A stretch of DNA of 60,724 bases from Actinomycetota bacterium (GTDB taxonomy: Bacteria; Actinomycetota; Acidimicrobiia; Acidimicrobiales; Ilumatobacteraceae): the NCBI GenBank assembly GCA_041184445.1, contig JBEGJW010000001.1:1-60724 (forward strand). Direction: 5' to 3'. The notes under the pieces are model-generated. The model ran no database searches, had not been told where the DNA came from, and was given only the letters and a program-made list of their open reading frames with translations. Both the position numbers and the translations under genes were made by a program. This document shows, one piece after another, positions 25,186 to 35,667 of the stretch; within the stretch, counting starts at the first letter, position 1; each line of letters opens with the position of its first letter.

Positions 25186-27684
25186 TTACGCCAATTCGAG
25201 GCGTTGTGCCGAAATATTCAATTCACCATTCACCACGTCAACAACAATGGAGTCGCCTTCGCTGGCTTTGCCCTCAAGAATGAGCAACGCTGCCGAGTCA
25301 CCAATGGTCTTTTGAATCAATCGCTTCAAGGGTCTTGCGCCAAATTCAGCATCAAAACCTTGAGCAGCGAGCATGACTCGTGCAGCCGGAGTAATGGCAA
25401 GCACAATGCGACGCTTCGCCAGCCTCTCGATGAGATGCTCCAGTTGAATGTCCACAATGGCGCCCATGTCGTCTTGAGTGAGGGTCCTAAAGCGCACGAT
25501 TTCGTCGATGCGATTCACGAATTCGGGTTTGAAATACTCGATCGGTTCACCTTTTAAGTTGCTCGTCATGATGAGCACCGTGTTGGTGAAGTCAACAGTT
25601 CGACCTTGGCCGTCAGTGAGACGTCCGTCGTCTAACAGTTGCAGCAGCACATTGAAGACTTCGGGATGAGCTTTCTCAATTTCGTCGAGCAACACCACGC
25701 TGTATGGACGACGTCTCACCGATTCAGTGAGTTGTCCGCCTTCTTCGTAGCCGATGTATCCAGGAGGTGCTCCAATAAGTCGGCTTACGGAATGCTTTTC
25801 CATGTATTCCGACATATCAATTCGTACTAAAGACTTTTCATCGTCAAAGAGAAACTCGGCAAGTGCGCGCGCAAGCTCAGTTTTTCCTACGCCAGTCGGT
25901 CCAAGAAACATAAACGAACCAATCGGACGGTTCTCATCTGATAATCCTGCGCGACTGCGTCGGATGGCATTCGATGTTGCAGTCACCGCAGCATCTTGTC
26001 CAATCACTCGGCGATGAAGCAGGTCTTCAAGATGCACGAGTTTTTGCATCTCTCCTTCCATGAGTTTAGTTACGGGAACACCCGTCCACTTCGCAACAAC
26101 CTCTGCAACGTCTTCCGCGTCTACTTCTTCTTTCAACATTCGAGTTGATGACTGCAGCACATCCAATTCCTGAGTTGCTTCTGTGATGCGTCGCTCAATT
26201 TCTGGAATGCGTCCATAACGAATTTCAGCGGCCTTCTCGAGATCAGTCTCACGTTCTACTTGACCGCGCAGTGTTTCTAGTTCTTCTTTGAGTGAACGAA
26301 TTGCACTGATCGCTTGCTTCTCGGCATCCCAGTGCACTTTCATTTCACTGGTCTGCTTTTGCAGTTCAATCAATTCTTCATTCAAGATTCGGAGGCGTTC
26401 CGTCGATGCCGAGTCTGTTTCCTTTTCCAAAGCAACGCGTTCAATTTCTAGTTGCAGAATTCGGCGATCAATGACGTCAATTTCGGTCGGTAGCGAATCA
26501 ATTTCAATTCTTAACTTGCTGGCTGCCTCGTCCATGAGGTCAATTGCTTTGTCGGGAAGAAATCGATTGGTGAGATACCTGTTTGATAACACTGCAGCAC
26601 TCACAATGGCGTTGTCCTGAATACGAACGCCGTGATGCACTTCGTAGCGTTCTTTCAAACCGCGCAAAATGGCAATGGTGTCTTCGACTGTTGGTTCACC
26701 AACAAATACCTGTTGAAAACGACGTTCAAGTGCTGCGTCCTTTTCCACGTATTTGCGATATTCATCGAGTGTTGTCGCACCGATCATGCGCAGCTCACCT
26801 CGGGCGAGCATCGGCTTAATCATGTTGCCGGCGTCGATTGCACCTTCTGCACCACCGGCGCCAACAAGCGTGTGAATTTCATCAACGAACGAAATGATTT
26901 CCCCATTGGCATCGGTGATTTCTTTGAGCACTGCTTTCAACCGCTCTTCAAACTCTCCGCGATATTTTGCTCCAGCCAGCATTGCGCCGATATCGAGCGA
27001 AACAAGACGCTTGTTCTTTAAACCTTCCGGTACGTCGCCACTTGCTATGCGCCGTGCAAGTCCTTCAACGATGGCTGTTTTGCCAACGCCGGGTTCGCCA
27101 ATGAGAACCGGGTTGTTCTTCGTGCGACGCGACAACACCTGAATCACGCGGCGAATTTCTTCGTCGCGACCAATGACGGGATCAATTTTCCCATCGTGCG
27201 CGCGTTGTGTGAGGTCGACTCCGTATTTCTCTAACGACTGAAACTGTTCTTCGGGGTTTTGCGAAGTAACCCGATGTGAGCCACGTACATCGCGTAACGC
27301 TTGAAGCATCTCTTCACCACTCACCCCTACGCGCACATGCAATGCAAGTAGTAGGTGTTCGACGGATAAATAATCGTCGTGTAAATCTTTTTGACTTTGT
27401 TCTGCTGCTGCGAAGACTTGCGATAATTCGCGATTCATTCGCGGCTCGCTGCCACCTTGGGCACGCGGCATTGCGTTAACCGCCACTTGCGCTCGATCGT
27501 GGAGCATGGAAGCAGCAATGCCAAGTTTCGCCAACAATGCCGGCACAACCGTGTCGGTTTGACTTGTAAGTGCAATCAGAACGTGATCGGGGGTCAGTTC
27601 TGGGTTTGAATTTGTTGTGGCCAACTGCATTGCTGCAGCAATGGCCTCATTGGTTTTCGTTGTCCATTTCTTCGGATCAACCAT
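25186..27684 (-). CDS. clpB: ATP-dependent chaperone ClpB
   Basis: 832 aa with an N-domain, two AAA+ modules ([15 protein letters not shown] and [15 protein letters not shown]) and the long coiled-coil middle domain. It starts 6 nt after the hspR stop. Confidence 0.97.
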   Translation of the reverse strand: MVDPKKWTTKTNEAIAAAMQLATTNSNPELTPDHVLIALTSQTDTVVPALLAKLGIAASMLHDRAQVAVNAMPRAQGGSEPRMNRELSQVFAAAEQSQKDLHDDYLSVEHLLLALHVRVGVSGEEMLQALRDVRGSHRVTSQNPEEQFQSLEKYGVDLTQRAHDGKIDPVIGRDEEIRRVIQVLSRRTKNNPVLIGEPGVGKTAIVEGLARRIASGDVPEGLKNKRLVSLDIGAMLAGAKYRGEFEERLKAVLKEITDANGEIISFVDEIHTLVGAGGAEGAIDAGNMIKPMLARGELRMIGATTLDEYRKYVEKDAALERRFQQVFVGEPTVEDTIAILRGLKERYEVHHGVRIQDNAIVSAAVLSNRYLTNRFLPDKAIDLMDEAASKLRIEIDSLPTEIDVIDRRILQLEIERVALEKETDSASTERLRILNEELIELQKQTSEMKVHWDAEKQAISAIRSLKEELETLRGQVERETDLEKAAEIRYGRIPEIERRITEATQELDVLQSSTRMLKEEVDAEDVAEVVAKWTGVPVTKLMEGEMQKLVHLEDLLHRRVIGQDAAVTATSNAIRRSRAGLSDENRPIGSFMFLGPTGVGKTELARALAEFLFDDEKSLVRIDMSEYMEKHSVSRLIGAPPGYIGYEEGGQLTESVRRRPYSVVLLDEIEKAHPEVFNVLLQLLDDGRLTDGQGRTVDFTNTVLIMTSNLKGEPIEYFKPEFVNRIDEIVRFRTLTQDDMGAIVDIQLEHLIERLAKRRIVLAITPAARVMLAAQGFDAEFGARPLKRLIQKTIGDSAALLILEGKASEGDSIVVDVVNGELNISAQRLELA

Positions 27685-27690
27685 ATTTCT

Positions 27691-28077
27691 TTACCTCTTG
27701 TCTCTGAATATTGAGGGTGTGCGACCAAACAAGGTGATGGCCTGTTGAAGAGGAACTAGTTCGTTGCTTTCACGGCGATGACGTAAAGCAGAAGACAGTT
27801 CGCTGCGCAGTTGTTCTACTTCATGACGCAATCGAATGACTTCAGATTCAAGCTCAATAACTTGGCGAATACCTTCTAGGTTCATTCCCGCATTTGCGAG
27901 TTCGGCGATGCGTTGCAGTCTGCGAATGTCTGCATTGCTGTAACGGCGATTTCCACCACTGGTGCGCGCGGGTTGTAGAAGGCCGCGGCGTTCATAAATA
28001 CGCAGTGTTTGAGGGTGTACACCGGCAATTTCTGCTGCTACTGAGATGACATAGACGGCGTGCGTTTCGCGTTCCAT
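27691..28077 (-). CDS. hspR: Heat-shock transcriptional repressor HspR (MerR family)
   Basis: YVISVAAEIAGVHPQTLRIYERRGLLQPARTSGGNRRYSNADIRRLQRI is a MerR-type HTH. It sits after dnaJ as in actinobacterial dnaK operons. Confidence 0.92.
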   Translation of the reverse strand: MERETHAVYVISVAAEIAGVHPQTLRIYERRGLLQPARTSGGNRRYSNADIRRLQRIAELANAGMNLEGIRQVIELESEVIRLRHEVEQLRSELSSALRHRRESNELVPLQQAITLFGRTPSIFRDKR

Positions 28078-29201
28078 TACAAGCCCCGTTTCACTGAAGT
28101 AGCAAGTTGGATGATTCGATCTCGTGGGGAGTCGGTTGTTGCTTGCTGCAATGCTTCGACTGCTTGTCGCTCGTCGTCATTCAGTTCTGTTGGTACAGCA
28201 ACATCAACGGTGACAATGAGGTCACCATGATTTTTTGCGGACTCAATCCCCTTGTTCTTCACTCGATGTCGCGAGCCGCTTTGAGTTCCAGCCTTGAGAC
28301 GCAGTTTCACCGTTGACCCATCGAGCGTGGGAACGTCAATGTCTGCTCCAAGCACTGCTTCGCTGAACGAAATAGGAAGCCGAACCGTGAGGTTGTTTCC
28401 GTCGCGAGCAAATACTGGGTGCGCTGCAACATGGCACACCACAAATAGATCCCCTGCTGGCCCACCATTTTTTCCTGGCGCACCACGACCTTTCAGGCGA
28501 ATTTTTTGACCATCATCTACTCCGGCGGGAATACGCACGTTTACTTCGCGTGGACGCATTTCCACACCCGAGCCGCGGCACCCTACACATGGTGCTTCGA
28601 TGATGTTGCCGCGTCCATTGCAACGTTGGCACGGACTAGAAAAAGCAAACACCCCCTGATTGTCGTCCACCACTCCGCGACCTCGACATTGTCCGCATTG
28701 TTTAGGCGTAGTTCCTGGTCGAGCGCCCGAACCATGACAACTAGAACATTGTGATTCCGCGGTGAGGTGAAGCGATGTAGTGATGCCCTCTACGGCTTCG
28801 GCAAAACCAAGCGAAAGCGTGGCTTCAATATCGCCACCGCGTTGCGGTCCAGCAGGATTGCGTCGGCGACCACCACCAAACATTTGGCCGAATAGGTCGC
28901 CAAGGCCTTCGCCACCAAAATCGTTTTGATCGAATCGAAAACCACCAGCACCGCCACCAAATGACGATGGTCCCTGTCGGCGGACATCGTCGTATTCTTT
29001 GCGTTTTGCTTCGTCGCCCAGCACGTCATAAGCAGCTGAAACTTCTTTAAATTTTTCTTCTGCCGCTGCATTATTTGGGTTGGCATCAGGGTGATATTGG
29101 CGCGCAAGTTTGCGATACGCCTTAGTGATGTCTTTTGCGACTGCAGTTTGAGTAACACCGAGCACCGCGTAGTAGTCCTTTTCAAACCACTCGCGTTGCA
29201 T
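28077..29201 (-). CDS. dnaJ: Molecular chaperone DnaJ
   Basis: J-domain DYYAVLGV...YRKLARQYHPDANP, a G/F-rich linker and four CxxCxGxG zinc-finger repeats. Confidence 0.96.
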   Translation of the reverse strand: MQREWFEKDYYAVLGVTQTAVAKDITKAYRKLARQYHPDANPNNAAAEEKFKEVSAAYDVLGDEAKRKEYDDVRRQGPSSFGGGAGGFRFDQNDFGGEGLGDLFGQMFGGGRRRNPAGPQRGGDIEATLSLGFAEAVEGITTSLHLTAESQCSSCHGSGARPGTTPKQCGQCRGRGVVDDNQGVFAFSSPCQRCNGRGNIIEAPCVGCRGSGVEMRPREVNVRIPAGVDDGQKIRLKGRGAPGKNGGPAGDLFVVCHVAAHPVFARDGNNLTVRLPISFSEAVLGADIDVPTLDGSTVKLRLKAGTQSGSRHRVKNKGIESAKNHGDLIVTVDVAVPTELNDDERQAVEALQQATTDSPRDRIIQLATSVKRGL

Positions 29202-29203
29202 AA

Positions 29204-29713
29204 TTACCCCTTGACCTTGACCATTGCTGCGCGCAGCACGCGGCCCTTCCAGCGATAACCGGTGCGCAGAACTTCAAGCACGACTGGTTCTGATCCATCA
29301 CCTTCTTCATGCATCACCGCATCGGCCAATGCTGGATCAAACGGTTTGCCCGCTAGATCCAATGCTTCCAAGCCTTGTTTTTGCAATGCACCGATAAGCG
29401 AGGACCACACCTGCTCTACTCCCTCAACACCGTGAGCAACTGCTGCCTCACATGCATCGAGTACCGGTAACAACTGTTCAACCAGCTTGCCGAGTGCACG
29501 ATCAAGTTCGTCGCCCATTTGCGATGCAGCGCGCTTCCGATAATTCTCGAAGTCGGCCTGCACCCGAAGCGCTATGTCTTTAAATTCATCGCGCTCTTTC
29601 TTAACGTCGTCCAAAGTGGCTTCTGTAGGTGAAGCAACTTCTTCAACCGTGGTTTCCTGAGTGGAGTCTGAGGTTTCAGACTCCACCACAAGATCTTCGT
29701 GTGATTCGCTCAT
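29204..29713 (-). CDS. grpE: Nucleotide exchange factor GrpE
   Basis: 169 aa with an acidic N-terminus. RVQADFENYRKR and the C-terminal GYRWKGRVLRAAMV are GrpE hallmarks. Confidence 0.93.
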   Translation of the reverse strand: MSESHEDLVVESETSDSTQETTVEEVASPTEATLDDVKKERDEFKDIALRVQADFENYRKRAASQMGDELDRALGKLVEQLLPVLDACEAAVAHGVEGVEQVWSSLIGALQKQGLEALDLAGKPFDPALADAVMHEEGDGSEPVVLEVLRTGYRWKGRVLRAAMVKVKG

Positions 29714-29731
29714 AATGTCGTAGCCGTCGAC

Positions 29732-31564
29732 TTATTTCTCGTCGACGATTTCAGCATCAACGATGTCGTCATCGCTGCCAGCAGATTGACCGCTTGCCGA
29801 TGTTCCTGCCGCGTTGGTGTCACGCGCTGCTGCCTCGTACAACTTCTGGCTGAAGGCTTGGCTTGCGGTCATCAACTTTTCAGTTGCTGCCTTGATCGCA
29901 TCGTTGTCAGAACCATTGAGTGCGGTCTTCAATTCGCTCAATGGACCTTCAACTGCAGTGCGTTCCTCTTCGGTCACCTTTTCACCTTGCTCGCGCAATA
30001 CCTTTTCGGTTTGATACACGAGTGAGTCTGCGTTGTTGCGGATCTCGGCTTCCTCGCGGCGAAGACGGTCCTCCTCGGCGTGTGCTTCGGCGTCTTTGAC
30101 CATCTTGTCAATGTCGTCTTTGTTCAATGACGATTGACCGGTGATGGTCATGGACTGTTCTTTGTTCGTTGCGCGATCTTTCGCCGAAACGTGCACGATG
30201 CCGTTGGCGTCAATATCGAAGGTCACTTCAATTTGTGGCACACCACGCGGTGCAGGTGGCAAATCAACAAGTTGGAACTTGCCAAGCGTTTTGTTGTAGT
30301 TGGCCATTTCACGCTCACCTTGGAGTACGTGAATTTCCACAGATGGCTGCATGTCATCTGCAGTGGTGAACACCTCAGTTCGACGTGTTGGGATAGTGGT
30401 GTTGCGTTCGATCAACTTGGTCATTACGCCACCCTTTGTTTCAATTCCAAGTGAAAGCGGAGTGACGTCGAGCAACAACACGTCTTTTACGTCGCCGCGC
30501 AAAACACCGGCTTGCACTGCTGCACCAACTGCAACTACTTCGTCTGGGTTCACGGTGCGGTTTGGTTCTTTGCCAGTCAATGACTGCACAAGGTCTTGTA
30601 CCGCCGGCATGCGGGTTGAGCCACCCACCAATATGACGTGATTAATTTGTCCTTTTGACAATCCAGCATCAGTAATTGCTTGTTCGAATGGCTTGCGACA
30701 ACGCTCAATGAGGTCTGCAGTCATTTCTTGAAACTTTGAACGAGTCAATGTTTCGTCCATGTGCAATGGGCCAGCTGCCGATGCCGTGATGAACGGCAAG
30801 TTAATTTGTGTTTGCTGAGTTTGCGACAACTCGATCTTTGCTTTTTCAGCGGCTTCTTTCAAACGCTGAGTGGCCATGCGATCTGCAGCAAGATCAATTC
30901 CGTGTGCAGCCTTGAACTGTTGCACCATCCAATCAATAATGCGCTGGTCCCAGTCGTCACCACCAAGATGCGTGTCGCCGTGGGTGCTCTTTACTTCAAA
31001 CACACCATCACCAATTTCCAAAACACTCACGTCGAATGTTCCACCACCAAGGTCGAACACCAAAATGGTTTCGTCTTCGCTTCCCTTGTCAAGACCATAA
31101 GCAAGTGCTGCTGCGGTTGGTTCGTTAATAATGCGCAATACTTCGAGGCCAGCAATTTGTCCGGCTTCTTTTGTTGCCGTGCGCTGTGCATCATCGAAAT
31201 ATGCAGGCACAGTAATAACGGCTTGCGTAACGGTGTCGCCCAAATATGCTTCGGCGTCGCGCTTCAACTTCATGAGTGTGCGCGCGCTGATTTCCTGTGG
31301 CGTGTATTGCTTGCCGTCGATATCGTCGCTCTTCCAGTTTTCGCCCATGTGGCGCTTCACGCTGCGGAAGGTGCGGTCAGGGTTAGTAATGGCTTGGCGC
31401 TTGGCCACTTCTCCAACCAATACTTCGCCAGCTTTAGAAAAGGCCACTACCGAGGGGGTGGTGCGGGAACCTTCAGAGTTCGGGATGACAACCGGTTCGC
31501 CTGCTTCAAGGACTGCCACTACTGAGTTGGTGGTTCCAAGGTCGATTCCTACTGCTTTTGCCAT
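29732..31564 (-). CDS. dnaK: Molecular chaperone DnaK (Hsp70)
   Basis: [41 protein letters not shown]. Confidence 0.98.
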   Translation of the reverse strand: MAKAVGIDLGTTNSVVAVLEAGEPVVIPNSEGSRTTPSVVAFSKAGEVLVGEVAKRQAITNPDRTFRSVKRHMGENWKSDDIDGKQYTPQEISARTLMKLKRDAEAYLGDTVTQAVITVPAYFDDAQRTATKEAGQIAGLEVLRIINEPTAAALAYGLDKGSEDETILVFDLGGGTFDVSVLEIGDGVFEVKSTHGDTHLGGDDWDQRIIDWMVQQFKAAHGIDLAADRMATQRLKEAAEKAKIELSQTQQTQINLPFITASAAGPLHMDETLTRSKFQEMTADLIERCRKPFEQAITDAGLSKGQINHVILVGGSTRMPAVQDLVQSLTGKEPNRTVNPDEVVAVGAAVQAGVLRGDVKDVLLLDVTPLSLGIETKGGVMTKLIERNTTIPTRRTEVFTTADDMQPSVEIHVLQGEREMANYNKTLGKFQLVDLPPAPRGVPQIEVTFDIDANGIVHVSAKDRATNKEQSMTITGQSSLNKDDIDKMVKDAEAHAEEDRLRREEAEIRNNADSLVYQTEKVLREQGEKVTEEERTAVEGPLSELKTALNGSDNDAIKAATEKLMTASQAFSQKLYEAAARDTNAAGTSASGQSAGSDDDIVDAEIVDEK

Positions 31565-31654
31565 GATGATTGCTCCTTATATGGGTATTGCTATGGGGTG
31601 ATGGCTTAAATAATACGCGGCACAATGGAACTTGCCAACCTGTGCACCACAAAA

Positions 31655-31675
31655 CTTGAGTCATATGCACTCAAC
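31655..31675. promoter_or_regulatory. HAIR operator (HspR-associated inverted repeat) upstream of dnaK
   Basis: CTTGAGT-CATATGC-ACTCAAC matches the consensus CTTGAGT-N7-ACTCAAG with one mismatch. It lies 91 nt upstream of the dnaK start. Confidence 0.8.
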
Positions 31676-31741
31676 ATTTGTCACACCGTCAAATGGGGGT
31701 GAAACACCGTCGAAAACTCCTCTGCGCCTACCATCTAGACC

Positions 31742-32506
31742 ATGACCGGAACCCTCGTTCTCCTGCGCCATGGCCAAAGCACATGGAATGAGCTCAATCT
31801 GTTTACGGGTTGGCACGATGTGGAACTGACCGGACAGGGAGTGCGCGAAGCAAGCGCCGCAGGGGTCACCATGAAGGAAGCTGGGTTGACATTCGACGTT
31901 GCCCACACCAGTTTGTTGCGCCGGGCAATGGAGACCAACCAATTGGCACTGTCTGCAATGGGTCTGGATATTCCTATTGAACGCTCGTGGCGACTGAACG
32001 AACGCCATTATGGCGCGCTGCAAGGTTTAGACAAAAAGGAAACCACGCTTCGCCATGGTGCCGAACAAACCATGATTTGGCGGCGCAGTTTCGATGTTCC
32101 ACCACCGCCAGTTGATGTATCAAGTCCAGAGCATCCGGCAAATGACCCTCGCTACCAACAACTCATTGCCGAAGGTCTTGATGCTTCCTTGCTTCCTGCC
32201 ACTGAGTGCCTCGCTGACGTATTAGTACGTGTCTTGCCGTATTGGAACGATGTCATCATTCCTCAGTTGCACGAAGAGAAAAATGTTCTCGTTACCGCCC
32301 ACGGCAACTCGCTTCGTGCACTCGTGATGCACCTTGAGAACATTTCACGCGATGACATTGTGGAATTCAATATTCCAACTGGGGTCCCTCGTCTCTATGA
32401 ACTGTCTGACACTCTTGCGGTGAAGTCGGTTCAATACATGGGAGACCAGGAAGCCATCGCGGCGGCGGCGGAAGCCGTGGCAAAACAGGCATCCGGCAAA
32501 GCCTGA
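31742..32506 (+). CDS. gpmA: 2,3-bisphosphoglycerate-dependent phosphoglycerate mutase
   Basis: [26 protein letters not shown]...ERHYGALQG...[11 protein letters not shown]. Confidence 0.95.
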   Translation: MTGTLVLLRHGQSTWNELNLFTGWHDVELTGQGVREASAAGVTMKEAGLTFDVAHTSLLRRAMETNQLALSAMGLDIPIERSWRLNERHYGALQGLDKKETTLRHGAEQTMIWRRSFDVPPPPVDVSSPEHPANDPRYQQLIAEGLDASLLPATECLADVLVRVLPYWNDVIIPQLHEEKNVLVTAHGNSLRALVMHLENISRDDIVEFNIPTGVPRLYELSDTLAVKSVQYMGDQEAIAAAAEAVAKQASGKA

Positions 32507-32544
32507 CCAGTCTTTGCTCACTCCCAACTGCGGAGTAGCGTAAG

Positions 32545-34833
32545 TTGCGCATGAATACGACTACCGCATCTTCAGAGACTACGGCTGTAAAGCGCAAGGG
32601 TCTTAAGCCATACCAATTGTCCATCGCGCTCGGCGTTGGTATCGCCACGTTCACCATGGTCTCGGGAGTTATTCCGCACCTCGTGCATTGGCACAATGAT
32701 TCGCCAATTCAGCGCGAAGTCTTCGAAGGCATTCCTGGCTATTTGCAAATTGCTTTCTACACCATCATTCCCGCGCTGTTGGTGTGGGGTTCATTGCAGT
32801 TTGCTGATCGCATTCGCAACTGGGAGCGCGGCGCACCTGATCGCCGCAAGACAACGAAAAAGAATTTCAAGCAACGTTTAGCTGACTACCGCGCCGGTGT
32901 GTACATGCGCACACTGCTTCGCGACAGCGCTGCCGGCCTCATGCACTCCATGATGTACTTCGGTTTCTTGGTGCTTCTTGGTGTTACCACCGTCCTCGAG
33001 GTTGATCATCAATTGCCACCAGCGTTGAAGTTCCTACACGGTGACGTGTACCGCGCGTATGCGGCAGTTGGCGACATTGCAGGAATCGTGTTTACCACTG
33101 GTGTGATTTGGGCAATCATCCGCCGCTATGTACAGCGCCCGTACCGCATTCGTATTAAGTCCAAACCTGAACATGCAATTGGTCTCGGCGTGTTGCTGGC
33201 AATTGGTGTAACTGGCTTTGGATCGGAAATGTTCCGCATTGCTGAATCTCAAGCTGCCGGCATCAACATGGACCACGAAAAGTGGAGCGTGCTTGGTTAC
33301 CCACTCGCACAACTCGTAAATGGCTGGTCAGAGTCAACGCTTAACACGATGCACCAGGTGCTGTGGACATCGCACGTACTTGCGTTCATTGGTTTCTTGA
33401 TTATTTTGCCGATCACCATGTTGCGTCACATGTTTACGTCGCCATTGAACATGTACTTGAAAGATCGTGAACGACCAAAGGGCGCAATGAAGGCGATGCC
33501 AAACCTCACCGAGACATCGCTCGAAACGTTTGGTGCACATGTTGTTGAGGACTTCACGTGGAAGCAACTCCTCGATCTCGATGCCTGCACCATGTGTGGC
33601 CGCTGCACCAGCGTGTGCCCAGCACACGCAACAGGCAAACCACTTGACCCACGCGAAATTGTGTTGAAGAGCGGCGAAGTAATGGCCGCAACTGCAACCC
33701 ATGCACGCGGAGGAAAAGTAACGCCGCCCCTCAGCGTTGACAGTGAAATCACCATTTCTGCAAACTCATTGTTCGAGCGCATTTCGAGCGAAGAAATTTG
33801 GGCGTGCACATCGTGCAAGGCATGCGATGAGATCTGCCCAGTGAATATCGAAATTCTGGACAAGATCTTGGACATGCGTCGTTACCTCTCGCTCATGGAA
33901 AGCGATTTCCCTGCAGAACTTGGCAACGCGTACCGAGCAATGGAAAACCAAGGCAACCCGTGGGGAATGAGCCAGAGCGATCGTGGCGAATGGGCAAAAG
34001 ACCTTGACGTCACCGTGCTCGACCCAGGTGCTGCATTCAACCACGAGTATTTGTACTGGGTTGGTTGCGCAGGAAGCTTCGACGATAAGAACAAGAAGGT
34101 CACGCAATCGATGGCCAAGTTGTTGAAGCGCGCCGGCATTGATGTGGCAATTCTTGGACCGAGCGAAATGTGCACGGGCGACAGTGCTCGCCGCAGCGGT
34201 AACGAATACCTTTTCCAAATGTTGGCTATGCCAAACATTGAGATGCTGAACGGCATGGGTGTGCGCAAAATCATTACGCAGTGCCCACACTGCTTCAACA
34301 CACTTGCTAACGAGTACCCGCAGTTTGGTGGAACGTACGAAGTAATTCACCACTCGCAGTTGCTTGAACACCTCATCGATTCAGGCAAGCTCGACATCAG
34401 TGACGCAACGCTTGAAGAGCGCATCACGTATCACGACTCGTGCTACCTCGGTCGTCACAACGACGTCTACATGGCACCTCGAAACGTTGTTGCATCCATT
34501 AAGGGAGTTGACGTTGTTGAAATGCCACGCAACGGCACAAAGGGTATGTGCTGTGGTGCTGGTGGAGCTCGCATGTGGATGGAAGAAACCATCGGAACCA
34601 AGGTGAACGACGAGCGCGCTGCTGAGGCGATTTCAACAGGTGCTTCACGAGTCGCAACCGCATGTCCGTTCTGTTACATCATGTTGGACGACGGCGTAAA
34701 GGGTGCTGGCAAAGAAGAGCACGAAGTGAAAGTTGCTGACATCTCCATTCACCTGCTTGATGCAATTGAAAATGGTGAGCGACTTCGTGCTGAAAGTTCA
34801 GCACCACTCAGTGCGCCGGTTGCCGGCGAGTAA
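32545..34833 (+). CDS. Membrane-anchored Fe-S oxidoreductase (NarI/DsrM-like membrane domain, 2x[4Fe-4S] ferredoxin domain and HdrD-type CCG domains)
   Basis: 762 aa. The N-terminus has about 5-6 TM helices with conserved His. Cluster motifs CTMCGRCTSVCP and CTSCKACDEICP are followed by two Cys-rich CCG-like modules (CPHCFNTL ... CCGAGG ... CPFCYIML). The architecture matches my recollection of the mycobacterial Rv0338c class. Confidence 0.75.
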   Translation: MRMNTTTASSETTAVKRKGLKPYQLSIALGVGIATFTMVSGVIPHLVHWHNDSPIQREVFEGIPGYLQIAFYTIIPALLVWGSLQFADRIRNWERGAPDRRKTTKKNFKQRLADYRAGVYMRTLLRDSAAGLMHSMMYFGFLVLLGVTTVLEVDHQLPPALKFLHGDVYRAYAAVGDIAGIVFTTGVIWAIIRRYVQRPYRIRIKSKPEHAIGLGVLLAIGVTGFGSEMFRIAESQAAGINMDHEKWSVLGYPLAQLVNGWSESTLNTMHQVLWTSHVLAFIGFLIILPITMLRHMFTSPLNMYLKDRERPKGAMKAMPNLTETSLETFGAHVVEDFTWKQLLDLDACTMCGRCTSVCPAHATGKPLDPREIVLKSGEVMAATATHARGGKVTPPLSVDSEITISANSLFERISSEEIWACTSCKACDEICPVNIEILDKILDMRRYLSLMESDFPAELGNAYRAMENQGNPWGMSQSDRGEWAKDLDVTVLDPGAAFNHEYLYWVGCAGSFDDKNKKVTQSMAKLLKRAGIDVAILGPSEMCTGDSARRSGNEYLFQMLAMPNIEMLNGMGVRKIITQCPHCFNTLANEYPQFGGTYEVIHHSQLLEHLIDSGKLDISDATLEERITYHDSCYLGRHNDVYMAPRNVVASIKGVDVVEMPRNGTKGMCCGAGGARMWMEETIGTKVNDERAAEAISTGASRVATACPFCYIMLDDGVKGAGKEEHEVKVADISIHLLDAIENGERLRAESSAPLSAPVAGE

Positions 34834-34837
34834 TTCG

Positions 34838-35404
34838 TTACTTTAAAAAGTTTTCGAAATACCGACTTGGGGTTGGCCCACGCTGACCCTGATATTTAGA
34901 GCCGCGCGCACCTTTTCCGTACGGATTTTCAGCTGGCGTCGTCATAGTCATGAAACTCACTTGCCCAATTTTCATGTTTGGATACAACGTGATGGGCAGG
35001 TTCGCCACATTTGATAACTCCAGCGTGATGTGACCATCAAAGCCCGCATCAATGAATCCTGCCGTTGAGTGAATGAGCAGCCCAAGTCGGCCTAGTGAAC
35101 TCTTGCCTTCGACGCGGGCAACCAAATCATCGGCAATTGCCACTCGCTCAAGCGTGGAGCCCAGCACAAACTCGCCTGGATGCAACATAAACACACCATC
35201 TTGTGGAACTTCGACAAGCTCTGTTAATTCGGTGAGATCTTTTTTGACATCAATTACCGCTGAAGTGTGATTCCGAAATACGCGAAACAGGTTGGACACC
35301 TTGACGTCGATTGATGACGGCTGAATGCACGATTCATCGAGTGGGTCAATGATGATGCGCCCGGCAGTGAGGGCTTCACGAATACTTTTGTCAGACAAGA
35401 TCAC
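34838..35404 (-). CDS. dcd: dCTP deaminase (possibly bifunctional dCTP deaminase/dUTPase, as in actinobacteria)
   Basis: [12 protein letters not shown]...[10 protein letters not shown]...[13 protein letters not shown]...[16 protein letters not shown]...YQGQRGPT. Confidence 0.93.
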   Translation of the reverse strand: MILSDKSIREALTAGRIIIDPLDESCIQPSSIDVKVSNLFRVFRNHTSAVIDVKKDLTELTELVEVPQDGVFMLHPGEFVLGSTLERVAIADDLVARVEGKSSLGRLGLLIHSTAGFIDAGFDGHITLELSNVANLPITLYPNMKIGQVSFMTMTTPAENPYGKGARGSKYQGQRGPTPSRYFENFLK

Positions 35405-35461
35405 AACGAAGCACCCTAGTGAACGAACCCCTCGGTGGGAAAACCTCGCGAAATATGGGTT

Positions 35462-35665
35462 TTACGAAACCAAGCTGAGCAACGCCCAGAGCGCGGCAAC
35501 AAAGCCAACGGCAGCCATGGCGAGTGACCGACTGCGTGGCGCCTGTGGCAACGACCCTTCGGCAACCTTGTTCGGTGGCTTCACAATGGCGAGCACGTTG
35601 CCAACACACATTGCTGCACCAAAAGCCAGCACCAACCACGCGAGGAGGTCTTTGCCTAGAAACAC
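35462..35665 (-). CDS. Small two-TM membrane protein (hypothetical)
   Basis: 67 aa with two hydrophobic helices (LLAWLVLAFGAAMCVGNVLAIV and LAMAAVGFVAALWALLSLV). It starts 2 nt after the dnaB stop. I recognise no homology. Confidence 0.45.
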   Translation of the reverse strand: MFLGKDLLAWLVLAFGAAMCVGNVLAIVKPPNKVAEGSLPQAPRSRSLAMAAVGFVAALWALLSLVS

Positions 35666-35667
35666 GA

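Noticed and set aside
25163-25187. The hairpin AACCGCC-N11-GGCGGTT at the clpB stop, as a possible terminator
   Set aside because: The stem is only 7 bp, it overlaps the stop codon, and no U-tract follows on the minus strand. The evidence is too weak to call.
30761-31525. A 254-aa + strand ORF, with many similar 60-200 aa ORFs antisense to dnaK, clpB, ctaD, the Fe-S oxidoreductase gene, dnaB, gyrB and others
   Set aside because: They lie entirely inside, and antisense or out of frame to, genes with unmistakable conserved products. Their translations are low-complexity or Cys/Arg/His-rich, as expected from reading the opposite strand of coding DNA. No independent support exists.
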